Below are positions 37,701-52,700 of a DNA stretch of 64,000 nt, piece by piece (position 1 is the stretch's first letter; every line of letters begins with the position of its first letter). This DNA is from Antedon mediterranea (taxonomy: Eukaryota > Animalia > Echinodermata): NCBI RefSeq assembly GCF_964355755.1, contig NC_092671.1:36962304-37026303 (forward strand). The letters are read 5' to 3'. The position numbers and the translations under genes are program-made. The notes under the pieces were generated by a model. It had not been told where the DNA came from. It made no database searches and worked only from the letters and a program-made list of their open reading frames with translations.

Positions 37701-40700
37701 ACTTTGAAACCAAAATAATTCATCAACACGGCGTATCCTTAAAGATCACTAGCCTGCTCGTGTCAAACATTTGTACAGGATGTATTCGGGATGTCAATTA
37801 TATAAATGTTTTCCTGTTTTGAAGAAAATGGGGATGTAGACAATTTTTTTTAATTTTAAAATAAGTTCAAGAATTAAATGAATGCAAATTATTTGAAATT
37901 TTAGAGATAATTAGCGTTTATTTCTGAAATAAAAAAAATACATTGATATTGGCAGTATTTAGGAAAGCCCAAATTGCCACATTCAATTGCATACCAAACT
38001 GGTCCCTTCTGTCATTTGCATAAACTATGCCAAAATGTGTACAGTGTACCTTTTTCTTTAAAACAATCATAAATAAGGTAAAATAATTGTGATCTTAATG
38101 ACTAATTTATACTGTTTGCATTTACATGAGAATTGGCATTTTAAAAAGAAAGGTAGACAGGAATTAGTAAGTTGCAACACTGTCTATAATCTAAAGCTCT
38201 GTCTACACTATCAAACTTTATGTGACAAAAAAAATGTGATGTGCACATATACTGTATGGACACGATGATGTCATATCACTACCATATTTGGGAATATCAT
38301 ACCATAGGTTGGCACATCAAACTTTTTTTGTCAAACTAGTTTGATAGTGTAGACAGAGATTTATTTATTTACCATTTCCTGTTGCAGCTATGTATATGGG
38401 CAACCAGTTCAGGGCAAGTTGATGGTGACCAGTAACGTCCATGGTGTTGGCTACTTTGAAGACCGTAGGGGACACCCACAAGAAAATACTGTGAACGTTA
38501 GTGTGCCAAGTTTTTAATTTCAATAATGCATTTCCGTCAAAAAATAATTTTAAAAATTTAAGACAGAAACAAAAGCAAAACTTTGAATAAAAATAAGGAT
38601 TATTTATACTATAAACTAATTTAAAAATCACTACTGAAACTAGTATTGGTAATAATATATTCTACAATAAAACTTTAAGAAAATAAACAATTTTACAGAT
38701 TGATGGTTCTGCAACTGTACGTGTTTGTCCAGAAAAGTATGTTGACGGTCTTTATGGTGACTACTTTCGAGGTGTCCTTCACATAGAAGCCAAAGTGGTT
38801 GCATCCGATGGGAACACTTTTTCTGTGATTGATGAATCGTGTCCAATCTACAAACAACAGTTGATACATATTAAGTTTTCCCAGGGCACAAAGCAACATT
38901 TTAAGCCAGGGTTACCATATAAAGGAAAGGTATGAACACAAAGAACACTAAACAACACTAAAACGTAAGAACACTAAAACACTAAACAACACTAATGTAA
39001 GAACACTAAACAACACTAAAACAGCAATTTTTATCATTAGATAACACCATAGAGAATCTCTATGATTTACACCAGTTTCCAGCAAGCTATGTTATTATTG
39101 TAAATTTTTCGTGACAAAAAGGGGATAAATAACAGATTCAACATGTTGTGGGAGGTAAAGATGATACAGTGAAAAACAAAGTATGGCGGGAATTATAATG
39201 ATTATATTTAGGAAGCCGCTGTCATTAAGAAAAGAAATGATCATTGTTTTGAGGAAAATATTTGCACAACTGATGGAAAAAGTGAGCAGCTTTGACATGA
39301 TGCAGGAAGTATTGTCTGGTAATAGGAAGCTTGTTGATTGGACGCTAGTGCTGTCTGAATAACCTCCCCAGCTGGGTGTTTTAAAGTCATTAGGCCTAAT
39401 AATTTGTTGGTAATTACTCTTGATGCTGAGATAAAGAACGCCCCACCTTTCATATACAAGAAGCAGATGTCTAAATTTTGTGTCTGCAAGATTGTTAAAT
39501 TTACGAATAAAAAACAAATGTTTTTAATTTGTTGTTATGATATCAATTATAATACTTCCTGTGATTTTGAATAGTTCAACTTTATAGCTAAATTAATTTT
39601 GTTTCGGTTAATTAGTCTGGAGCACTTTTATTATGCCATAAAGAATATGAAAACTAGCTTTGTAATGCTTTTATAACAAACCAAATTTTATGACAGTGGA
39701 ACAGTAATTAAATAGCCATCACATTGGCAAGGGTTGGATGCTCACTCGCTCCATGGTTCTGGTGGTAAAACAAGTCTTTTCTGATAAGGACTATAAACCG
39801 TAGGTCCGGTGTACACATGTAGCTCATGTGCACTTTAAAGAACCTAGTACATATTTAGAGACGAGTAAGGGGTTACCCCGGTGTACTAGTTCACACACAC
39901 ACTGTCGTGGACAGACGTAATGGCGCCGTAGTTGGCTGCCGATGACACGATGTGACCCTTAGGGGAGAAGAATGTTTTTGAAAAGGTGTAACATCTAAGT
40001 CCACAGCGCTCTGATCTTATTGAAATAGGGCTATATAAATGTCGCATTACATTACATGCCTTTTGGATGTGTTTTCTACTACTTTTACCTTCTTCTTATT
40101 TCAAGTGTTTTATATGTGTTGTCTTGTTTTGTCCTGCATATTCTTGCTCCTCCAAGCTGTCACCTGGGATGTTTGTTACATTCTTATGTTTTTATTTGAA
40201 ATAAAGGATGATTTTAAGTATTTATAATTTAACATAAAGTGTTTATTCAAGAATTCTAACAATATGTAAGTTGTTTAATGGGGAATAATTTTAATATGCT
40301 CTCTGAAGTAAAATTTATTTCTTGAACCATAACCGAATTCAGACCTATCTTATAGACACTGTACCTTTATCATAACAAATTTGTAAACCCTATTTTAATC
40401 CAAATGCCAACTCGATGTCAATGGCTACCAGATGTCTCTATGAAGTTGGTTACTTGAACCATTACTAAATATACTGTACATGTTTATTCAACATTCCATT
40501 CAATAAGGTTGATTCAATTGAAATAACATAGAATTTTTACTATGCTTACTTATACAGATTTTAGTTACCTACCCAGATGGATCACCAGCAGATGGCGTCA
40601 CTATCAGAGTCAAGACAGCAGCAGTCCAGGAGGAGGCAGCTTTTAATGAGGAATTTGTTTCAAGGAATGGCGCTGTCTCGTTTCAAATCCCAGTAATTGA

Positions 40701-43700
40701 GATTTCAACACAAATGCTTTGGCTTGAGGTGAGTAAGCTTTCAAAATAGTGATATTATAAGCATATAAATAATTTTGCTCAATATTTTATTTATTTTATT
40801 GTTTATTGTTTTTATATTTCTTTTTATGTATTACACATTGTCGGGGCCCTCATAAGGCAAGCCTTTGCTTCAAGTGCGGGGCCCCAGTTATTATTGTTCT
40901 AAAAATGCATTTTTCACATCCATAGATGTAGATGCAGGTCACTTCTAAATGTCACCTTTTCAATAATTCTTGTTGTTCTTTTAGCGCTATGAGACATCAG
41001 TAAATAGCGCTTTATAAAAGTTTATTATTATTAATTATTATTATTTACTATATAATTTATAATTACAGGCTTTAGTGACGGCCATTGATGGTAAACCAGT
41101 AAAAGAATTCACTTACTCTTCAGAATACCTAACAATTTACAGTTGGTTCTCGCCATCAAAGAGCCATCTTCTGCTAAGCAATCTCAATGAAGGGGAGGTT
41201 GAGGTAAGAAATGCATTTTTGCCCTGTAGCTTGGTGGTGATCAGCTATACTGTAGTTCAATAATCTTGCCTCAATTCTGCACTTCTCTAGTTTTCTGTCT
41301 ACACACTACTACTACTACTACTTTCTATACACTATCAAACTAGTTTGACAAAAAAAGGGTGATGTACACAAAGATCATCATGTCCATATATGGGCACATC
41401 ACATTTTTTTTGTCACATAAAGTTTGAAAGTGTAGACAGAGCTGTATGAGATACTGTATATGAGATAATGCACATGAGATACTGCACATGAGATACTTCA
41501 CATAAGATACTACATATGAGATACTGCACATGAGATACCGTACATGAGATGCGGCACGTGAGATACTGCACGTGAGGTACTGCACATGTGATACTGCACG
41601 TGTGATACTGTACATGAGATACTGCACATGAGATGTAAATATTATGACCTTTAATATCTGTATCTTTGTGTACCATCAAACCAGTATCCAATTTAAAGAC
41701 TTGTAGAATGAATTGTTTTATTTCCATTAGGTTGGCAGCATGGCAAGAATTGGACTCATGTCAACGATGCCATGTAACTTTACTTTAAATTACGATATCA
41801 TTTCAAGAGGGCGCATAGTTACCTCCAACAGTCGCATGATTACTGAGCAACGGTCGGAAGAATTCACCTCACAAGGTCAGTAACTTCACAACTCCCATTG
41901 AAGTGCAAGATTTATTTGTTAATCTCTGTCTACACTATCAAACTAGTTTGACAAAAAAGTGTGATGTGCCCAAATATGGTAGTGATATGCCCAGATATGG
42001 TTATATGACATCATCATGTCCATATATGAGCACATCAATTTTTAATTAACGTTATTATATACCTATAACAATGTATTATTGTAGTACTCGGTATACTATG
42101 CTATCCTATTTTTTTAATGTGTTTTATGAATGTTTCATTATTTTTCTTAAAATAATAAGTAGGATATATGTACATACATTTTTGTTACAGATACTTTGAA
42201 CACAACAATGTTAAATGTTGGATGCCACGTAACTTTTGATGTTGAAGTGACCCACGCTATGGCTCCTGGATTCCAGGTCGTTGGTTATATGGTCAAGCAG
42301 GACCGAGAGGGTGTGACCGACACAGTGACCATTCCAGTTGCACACAATCTGCAGAATAAAGTACATTTTTTTTTCTTAAAAATAAATTCTAAAGAATGAA
42401 TTAACTTAATTCAAAAAATAATCTTCATAAAAAACTATGTAGCTTTTCTTATGTAAAAAATATGACTTTCTTATCTGAATTATAAAGTTTTATGAAAGTC
42501 TTATATTTGTTTCCCTAGGTAACTGTGACATCATCAGTAAATGAGACTTATCCTGGTAGGAAAGTTGACATTACCATCAACTCCACACCTGGATCATGTG
42601 TGTGTATTTTGTCAGTGGACAGAAGTGTACATTTAATGAAGCCAAATTACCATCTAACCATTGACAAGGTATATATGTACAAAGATAGGCATAGTATAAT
42701 GAGTTCTTAAGCTTGGTTCGCACTAGAGACGCAGGTATGTGTACAAAGATAGGCATAGTATGATGAGTTCTTAAGCTTGGTTCCCACTAGAGACGCAGGT
42801 ATGTGTACAAAGATAGGCATAGTATAATGAGTTCTTAAGCTTGGTTCGCACTAGAGACGCAGGTATTACAAAGATAGGCATAGTATAATGAATTCTTAAA
42901 GCTTGGTTCCCACTAGAGACGCAGGTATATTTACAAAGATAGGCATAGTATAATGAGTTCTTAAGCTTGGTTCCCACTTGAGACGCAGGTATATGTACAA
43001 AGATAGGCATAGTATAATGAGTTCTTAAGCTTGGTTCCCACTTGAGACGCAGGTATTACAAAGATAGGCATAGTATAATGAGTTCTTAAAGCTTGGTTCC
43101 CACTAGAGACGCAGGTATATTTACAAAGATAGGCATAGTATAATGAGTTCTTAAGCTTGGTTCCCACTTGAGACGCAGGTATATGTACAAAGATAGGCAT
43201 AGTATAATGAGTTCTTAAGCTTGGTTCCCACTAGAGACGCAGGTATATGTACAAAGATAGGCATAGTATAATGAGTTCTTAAGCTTGGTTCCCACTAGAG
43301 ACGCAGGTATATTTACAAAGATAGGCATAGTATAATGAGTTCTTAAGCTTGGTTCCCACTTGAGACGCAGGTATATGTACAAAGATAGGCATAGTATAAT
43401 GAGTTCTTAAGCTTGGTTCCCACTAGAGACGCAGGTATATGTACAAAGATAGGCATAGTATAATGAGTTCTTAAGCTTGGTTCGCACTAGAGACGCAGGT
43501 ATATGTACAAAGATAGGCATAGTATGATGAGTTCTTAAGCTTGGTTCGCACTAGAGACGCAACGCAAGGACGTAGACGCAATGCAAGAAAGTTGATCAAT
43601 CACAAGCGATTGCTTGAATAGTCCATCGCTTGTGATTGGTCAAATCACTTGCGTTATGCTCTGAGTCTCTAGTGCGTACCATGCTTTATCACTATCTCAA

Positions 43701-46700
43701 TTTCTATTCCTATTATAAATGCATGCTTAAAACTTTCGATTTGCGATGATTTATGTTCCATAGGTCGTTTTACATTTGTTCTTTACTCTCCCGAAACAAA
43801 AGCTCTCTAATGTCATTGCTAGTGAGTTGTCGTGCATGTAAATGTCAAGTCATGCTTCTAATAGAAATGGTTCTATTTAGCTTCACCATGGCCGCACTAA
43901 TCCAATTTACCCATACTTCCTGATGCACATTGATAAAGTTACATGAATGAAAATGTTTATTTTTTGAAGGAAATTTGCAATTGCCATAGTGGTCGTTTGT
44001 AAACTACTATTATATATTTCATACAATATGGAACATATTTAAAGTTTAAATATAATTTTATAATTTAAAATTTTTTATAATATAGATTGATAGATTTTAA
44101 TGTCTTAAAGATAAAAAAATAATTTTTTTAAATGTTTTTGTTGAATATGCCATTTTAATGTCACATAATAGTTTGACCAAAAATTGGATCGAAAAAAAAA
44201 TTATTTACCTGAAAAAACTGTAATTTAGAGCAAAAAAATTGGTTCAATTTATACAATTTATTTTGTTTTTGTTTTTTTTCTAATTAATTCTGTTAAAACT
44301 ACAAAAATGGCATAATCAAAGTCTGATTTTAATAATCTTCCTTGTTCGTGTTTTTGGTTGACAATACATCTTTAAAAGAAAAGGACTTTTTAGTTACTGA
44401 ATTTATAAATTGAACATTTTAATTTCAAAAACATGTTTTTACCAAACTTTGTTCACTGCTAAGTTTCTAGGAATCATAAATGGGTTAATTGGTTTGACAG
44501 AAGGTATCAGCTTATCACATAATAAGTGACACAGCATATTGTATAATACCAGATTGACGAGCTGTAAAAATAGCATTTGACTAACTTTCCCCATTGTATG
44601 AACTATTGGTTGTTGAACTTTTAATTCATAAAAGGTGTTTTTCTAATTTAAATATAAAGTAATATTGCAATATCATTCTTTCATTTATTTATTACCCATA
44701 AATAACAACAAATCAAATAACACAATGTCTCTTTATTCATCTCATAAACAAAAACAAAACACAAAACAAACAAGGAGTGAAAAATATTTTTAAAGATAGG
44801 GGGACCTCCAGGAAACCCCAAATCCCTGTACTATATAGTACAGGGAAATTTTCGAAAAATCGCCATTTTTTCGACCCTTTTATTTTATGATATAAATAGT
44901 TACTATAGCATAATAAACATGCGCAGAGTCGAATATTAGGTTCTGCGCATGTCAAAAGGGGCTTGTGATAGGAGGCCCAGTACAATCTACTACTGTAGTT
45001 ACATTGATTAAGATACTGTAAAAAGAACAATAAATAGACCATAAAAGGATTAACAGATACCAGATGAGGTTCAAAACAGAAGCAGAAAGGTTACTGTACA
45101 TATAATTAGTTACAGGCTAACCATATTTCATAGCTGTACTTTTCGCTTTGTGATAAAAATGCATTGTAATTGTATTGTAGTAATAGCATACAGAAGTCTC
45201 AAAACAATTATGATTCATATAATAAATTGTACGTAGCGATTATCTTTTTTTTTTCAAAATTATTTCACTCAGATTTTTTTTTCTTTACCAATTTATATTA
45301 CTGTAATAATATGTGTCTGTTGCTAATTATGTACATCTTTTTTTTTTTTCAGGTTTTTAATGAGATGGAAAGTTATTCATCTCATGATGAATATTCATAT
45401 GAGAATGTTTGGTTTAGTGAGGGTAAAAGAAAAAAGAGATCTTTATGGAATTATATTGGAGGAAGAGACGCAGGACTTGCATTCACTGTGAGTGGGTCAC
45501 ACTTTATTTGGTTACCAGATTAGACCGATGTCACACTTATTAGTTAAAGGCCAACTCAGACAGCGTCGTACGACAAGGCGCGTCGGGAGCAAATAAAACA
45601 TGTTTAATGTTCTCCCGACGACCTTAAAACTAAGCCTGGCTACTGTATAATATCTCTGGATTATATCTCCAATTGCATCCAAGTTTCAATTTGTGTTAAT
45701 TGTCAATTTTCATCTTAATTTTTCTGTATTTGAAAATTTAAAGAATAAATGTTTAGTTGAATTGAATTGAATTTCATACATTGTGAATCATTGTTGTTGT
45801 ATAATTAATGTTGCTTGTTGTTTTAAAGTTTAATGTTTGTTTTCCTTTATGTTTTGACATTCAGGAAGCTGGTCTGAAGGTAATGACAGATGTTGTGTTG
45901 CTGAGGTTTCATCAAAATGGTGCTATAGATGGTAATAATTATAATAATATACAGGTGAAACTGTGAAGGGGAGGGGTGAACCTTAAAGGTGTATTATGTA
46001 AATAGGGATTTCACTTATAAAAAGACAAAAGAAATTGTAACCATTGTTTGACAGAATTTAAGTATTTCTTGCTTTAGAGTACATTTTTTCCAGGTAAATA
46101 ATTTATTTTTTTGTTCAATCCAGTTTTTGGTCAAAGTAAATTTGGTTATTTGAAATTAAAATGGCATTCAACAAAAACATTTAAAACATTTTTTTTTTTT
46201 ATTATTAGGAACAATATATCTTAAAAGATCATTAATATTATAATATACAGTCAAAAGGCCCAAAACGTCACCTCTTTGTAAAAATCATTTTGGAACCCCA
46301 GGAACCTAAAACAAAATTATGGTTTTTAACAGTGTTACAAAACAAAAACAATAACAACAGAGTATTTTTGTAATAGTATATATTTTTGTCCTTTTTTTTG
46401 TGTAAATTAGAAAGAGTTGAAGTGGTCACAACACTAAACAAAAAGAAAGAGGAGTCTCGACTTCCAAAGCGGGAAACACAAAAAAGATCATACTTCCCAG
46501 ACACTTGGATTTGGCATTGTTTTAACATGAGGTAAACTTACAATTAATACTAATAATAATTTTTGTGGAAGCTATTTTTTTATTTTAAATACCATCATGG
46601 ATAAATTGATGGATAAAAAGGGGTAAAATTTAAAAAAAATGTTTTTAGAATGTTTTTAAAGTCTTAAGCTCTGCCTACACTATCAAACTTTATGTGACAA

Positions 46701-49700
46701 AAAACTTTGTGATGTGCCCACTACCATATTTGGGCATATCCCTACCATATTTGGGCATATTCCTACCATACTTGGGCAGATTATCACACTTTTTTTGTCA
46801 AACTAGTTTGATAGTGTAGACAGAGCTTAATCGAAGTACTATCCATTGTATGCTTCATGGAGAAAGAAAGTTGGGAGAATTTTGTATTTTTTTCTCTTGA
46901 TAACATGTTTGCATGCTTGGAACTTTCATCCTTTTTAAAACTTTAGTTCAACAAGGAAACAAGAAACATTTAGTGTCCACATTCCAGACACAATCACAAC
47001 ATGGGTGACAGATGTAGTGTCAATGTCGAAGCATACAGGTCTGGGCATAGCAAGACAGTCAACTATTAAGACGTATAAACCGTTCTTTGTTGAATTTGCT
47101 CTGCCTTACTCGGTGATAAGAGGAGAAAAGGTGAAAATACCTATCACAGTGTATAACTACTTGGATACGTGTGTACAGGTAGGTAGCATTGTATTATGCT
47201 TAATATTAAATTGTTTAATTTTCTTGTATAAAGATTTATTTTAACTGTTTGTATTGTATGGAGTGAGTGCAGAATCTGTTTGGGCTATAGCCTATTCACA
47301 CTCCTGGTCATTTTTCATTGGTGACCGAATAAATATTAATATTATCTACTATATGGGCGGTTGGGTTGGAATTTTGGAAGGGACATCAAAGCTGTAAAAG
47401 AAATTTCATAATACTGTAATCAGGGAGGAATAAATAATTATTTTTATACCTCTCTGTTGTAATGTCATCAGGAGAGACAATTGTTCCATATTTATATTTA
47501 AGTATATTTTTTGAACTATAGTTATAAAAATAAAGAAATTCTGTTTTCTTTTACATTCTTGGCATTTACAGACATTTTTAAATCTCCAATTTGATATATA
47601 ATCTTGTTTTATTTAGGATTTCCAGTTAAGTTGAGAAATTTTTTTTTTTACTAATTTGATTCATAATTTAATGACCGGCTGTTAAATAAGTTCTTTTAGG
47701 GAGAATTTTAGGAAAATTGTGGTTTTAAACTAAGTTGTTTGGAGTTAAAATATTAAAGGTCGTTAGGGGAATAAAGTTTAGTTGGCAAAAATCCAATATA
47801 AAAATATTGTATACATTTATTGTATAATATTATGTTTATAAATCTAGGTGTCAAATTTGAAGATATTGAAAATATGAGAGAGATTGTTGTGTATATGACG
47901 GTTTTGTCTGTACTGTATTATAAAGCTCTGTCTACACTATCAAACTAGTTTGACAAAAAAACGTGTTATGTACCCAAATATGGTACTGTAGTTATGTTTC
48001 TAAATATTGTAGTGATATGACATCATCATGTCTATATTTGGGCACATCACATTTTTTTTCACATAAAGTTTAATAAATTTCTCTTCCAACAAAAAAAAAA
48101 CCTTTTTAGGCATCAGTGACTTTGCACCTGTCAGATGGTATTCATTTCGTGGACCATCCTGGAAAACGTCATGAAATTTTAAAATATTGTATGGAACCAA
48201 ATGAACTGAAAACGGTTGAACATTTGTTGACCTTTGACCAGCTAGGGACAGGAAAAATACAGGGTATGCATGTTATTGTGTTTTTTTTTTTACAAATGTC
48301 AACAATTGTACAGAAATAAATAGCAATGTTGATACTCCTCCCCCCCCCCCCCCCCCTTCCCACTACATAGATTTGATAACAATTTAACATTTGATGACAT
48401 TTCTTGCAGCTAAAGTTGTGGCAACAAGGTCAATGTTATGCTGTGGTGATACTTCTGCAACTGAAACACCTCTAGCCATTGACAGACTGTCAAAGCAGAT
48501 AGAAGTAGAGGTAGAACCTTCTTAACATTGCATTTTTTGATGTTCCTTATACCAAGGCAATCTAAAAACCGGATGCTGAGCTCCGGAGATCAAAGGGTTT
48601 ATCTGTGGCTGCGACACGATTAGTCAACAGAAACCACGTTCCACAGAGAATATGAATAGTACTAACAGTACTGTTGGTATTTGTTGCAGCCAGACATAAG
48701 ATAAAAGGACTGTTACAAGTTCCTATCTTGACAAGGCGAGCTCAGTGTCCTGTTGTTAGATTAGATTATATAGATTTAGATACTCTTTAAAAAAAGTTCT
48801 AGCAAAATGTGTGACGTATTTATTTTACTTTATGTAATATTTATTTCATGTTTTTATATTGACAGGCAGAAGGAATACTTCGCTATTATACACACAGTGT
48901 ATTCTTCTGTCCTAACGGTAAAGTCACTTATTGATATCTTTTGAATCATTTCTTCATTATTTATACTATAGAGAAATACATTTTTTTTGTATACAGCAAT
49001 TTAGATATTATTTTCTCATATAGCTTTTGAATAAAGACATGTCATAACCATTATTAGTTAGTTAATTGTTCAAATTTATTTTTTTAAATGTTTTTCAATT
49101 CACAACCAACATAGATAAAAAAAACCTCCATTAACAGGCTGAGAAAAATTTCTTTACAATTTTAGATCTAAAAATGATAAACTATTACTAAAGCTGTTTA
49201 TTATTTAAAAATTTTAGTATCATAAATATTCCAAGCATTAAGATTTTGAGCAAATCTCTGAAATAAACCTCTTTGTAACGTCTACTCGCCCAAAAGGGCT
49301 ATAAGGTATTTAAACAAAAAAAATTTTTAAATCTTAAATGATTAAATGTATTATTTTAAAATGTATTATTTATTTCAGAGCGCATCACAATTTCAACTCC
49401 TAACACATATGATTACAAGTATGTGAAAAAGCCCTCCAATCTGCAAGTGTTTTCATTTGCATGCAAAGCAGAGAACGACGCACACATCGCATTAGCTGTC
49501 GACCCAACTGGCATGGATCTTTATGAGATTGTTCTTGGAGGATGGCAGAATACAAAGTCGTGGATCACAGCCTCTAAACAAGGTAATCATTGTTGGATTA
49601 TTGTCACTCAAGTTCAACACCTCTTTACAATCAAGTATTCTTAGTGTATGATTTGATTTCAATTTATTTGGAAAATCATCATAAAAAATACATATAAATT

Positions 49701-52700
49701 ACTGACATTACAAAAAAAACATTTATAAAAGATTTTCCAGGATAGCCCAAAAAGCTTATTCAGATTCAGATTTATTTGGTCCTTGCGGAAATTCTTGACA
49801 GGCACAAGCGCACACATAGAAATACAATGACTTACAAAATATATAAGTAAAAGTAAAGATAAACAAGTGAAGAGTTGTAAGAAAGACACACTATACAAAA
49901 TAAACTACAAGGTGGTTCAACAGTATTTGTCATTGAAAGCATGGATGGAAAAAGGGATGTGAATGAATTTAGATATCTGTTATTTCAACATAGTAGCTTA
50001 TTAGCTTATTTCCAATGAGATCCTGTATGTGTGAAAGTGAAAGTGCGACAAGATAAATAAATTGATGTTACTATCATATTAAGGAAATAAAGAATTTTGC
50101 TAAAAAAAAAAATTTCAAATCAACCTTAATTTTCCATCATAAAACCTTACAAATTAAGATGAAGGACATATAAAAAAATGCGAAGCCTAAAAATGTTTTA
50201 CCGTTACCTAGACAATCACAACACAATCATACAACAAACGTTTTTTTGTATTTATTAGGAGAACATCTAGTAACAGTTTCAACTCCTGGAATTGTATCCT
50301 GGGATGAATTTAGAGCGTTCTGGATCACCTTTGAGAATGGTCTCATTGTGGTAAGATACTTGTTATTGTTAAAGATATTTTGTCCCCCAAATACATGAAA
50401 AATGAAGATTAATAAATTCAGACTTTATATAGGACATTTTTAATGAAATTATTCACTTCTTTCAAAAAAAAAACCAAAAAAAAAATTATTATTTCACTTA
50501 TAAAAAGTCAAAAGAAACAGTTAATTTTAACCAAAAACCAAAAAGTATTTTTTGCTTTAAATTACATTTTTTTCAGGTAACTAATTTTTTTTTTCAATCA
50601 AGTTTTTGGTCAAAGTGAATAACTATTATGTGACATTAAAGTGGCATATTCAACAAAAAATGTGAAAACAAAAATGTTTAGGGGGATAATATATCTAACT
50701 ATAGTAACATTTGAGCCTTTATTGATTTGGTAGAATATGAACTATTTAATGATGACAATATAGAGTAATGTCCACATTTTTTATTAAATACTTTAATTGT
50801 TTAATTTTTAGGTTGGCCATGGTGAAATCCCAAGTAATACCTCTACTATCATGAGTTGGCAGTTGGAATCTGAAATCAATGTAGATTATTTAGGATTTTC
50901 AACAGGATGGGGATCAATGGGGGAGTTTAGAATTTGGAGAAAAGAGGGTAAGTAGACATTGTAATGTTTATTTGTAGTATAACTCTGTCTTCACTATCAA
51001 ACTTTGTGACAAACAAAATGTGATGTGCATATATACAGACATGATGATGTCATATCACTATTTGGGCATATCACTACCATATTTGGGCACATCACAGTTT
51101 TTTTGTCAAACTAGTTTGTGTAGACAGAGCTTAATATGCATAGAGAATGTTAGTTGAGATCCTTTTTTTATTTCATTTTATTCGTTCGTCTCAAAACAAT
51201 AAACAAAACAATAAAATACACCAACGTAATAAATAACACATTTTTTTAATGAATGAACTTGTACTTTAGATTCTCAGAATCGTTTCTTGGAAGTGTTCAA
51301 CTTGGGTTTACCGTTAAACTACATTCCTGGATCAGAGTATGCAGTGGCGTCCATGGTGGGAGACGTCATGGGTCCCACACTGACAAACTTACACAACCTA
51401 ATCAGATTACCGTTTGGATGTGGCGAACAGAACATGATTCATTTTGCACCGAATGTGTATGTGATGGGTTACTTGGAACGTACGCATCAGCTCCATGAAG
51501 GAACACAGAAAGAATTGGTCACGTTTCTTGTACAAGGTGAGTGATAACAATCATTTTATTTTCTTTAAGCTCTGTCTACAATATCAAACTAGTTTGCCAA
51601 AAAGAGTGATGTGATGTGCCCAAATAGGGTAGTGATATTCTTAAATATTGTAGTGATATGATATCATCATGTCCATATTTGTCCATTTTTTTGTTTGGTA
51701 ATGTAGACAAGGCTTTAAAACTAATTTTTGTTATTAATGTGTTTTGTATGATCTAATCAATTTATAAGTACTTAATGTTTGTATTTTTAGACATTTTATC
51801 ATCATCTGAGGTGTCAATTGAATTTAGATGCAAAAAATAATTTATGATCATTCAAATGTACTGTAATTTTGTTTTAAACTATTGATTGTTCATTGGTGTC
51901 AATTTAATTTGTTAGGCTATCAAAGACAGCTGACCTACAAGCACAATGATGGGTCATTCAGTGCCTTTGGTCAACGAGATTCCTCTGGAAGTATGTGGCT
52001 TACGGCATTCGTCCTCAAGTCCTTTGCTCAATCACGACCGTTCATCTTTATTGACTCAAAGTTGTTGGATGGCAGCAAACGCTGGATCATAGGCCAGCAG
52101 CTTCCTGATGGGTCATTTCCTCCTGTTGGAAGAGTTCTTAACAAAGACATTCAAGTAAGTAACCTACGTGGAGTAAGTGAACTTAGTTGAGTAAGTGACC
52201 TAAGTTGAGTAAGTGACTTAATTCAGTTGAGTAAAGTGAGTAAAGTGACCAAAGTTGAGTAAGTGACCTAAGTTGAGTAAGTGACAAGTGGGGTAAGTGA
52301 CCTTAGTGGAGTAAGTGACCTAATTTGAGTAAGTGACCTAAGTTGAGTAAGTGACCTCAGTTGAGTAAGTGACAAGTGGGGTAAGTGACCTTAGTGGAGT
52401 AAGTGACCTAATTTGAGTAAGTGACCTAAGTTGAGTAAGTGACCTCAGTTGAGTAAGTGGCCTGGTTGATCATACTGTTAAATTAATTTAAGTAAGAATA
52501 ATTTTTACAAAATAGCATAGCTACAGATATTAAAAGTCTCTTAGAAATGACTTTAAATCAATTTTGATTGCTCTTGTAACTTGCACAGATTCATTGCGAA
52601 CATTTTAGTAGAGATACTGTACCTCTGCACTGCACTGATAGAAGTAGAACCAACAACCACTGATGATACAGATTTAAATAAATGTTGAATATTAATTAAT

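Noticed and set aside
42771-43200. Repeated [13 protein letters not shown] ORFs
   Set aside because: Translations of the 64-bp intronic tandem array.
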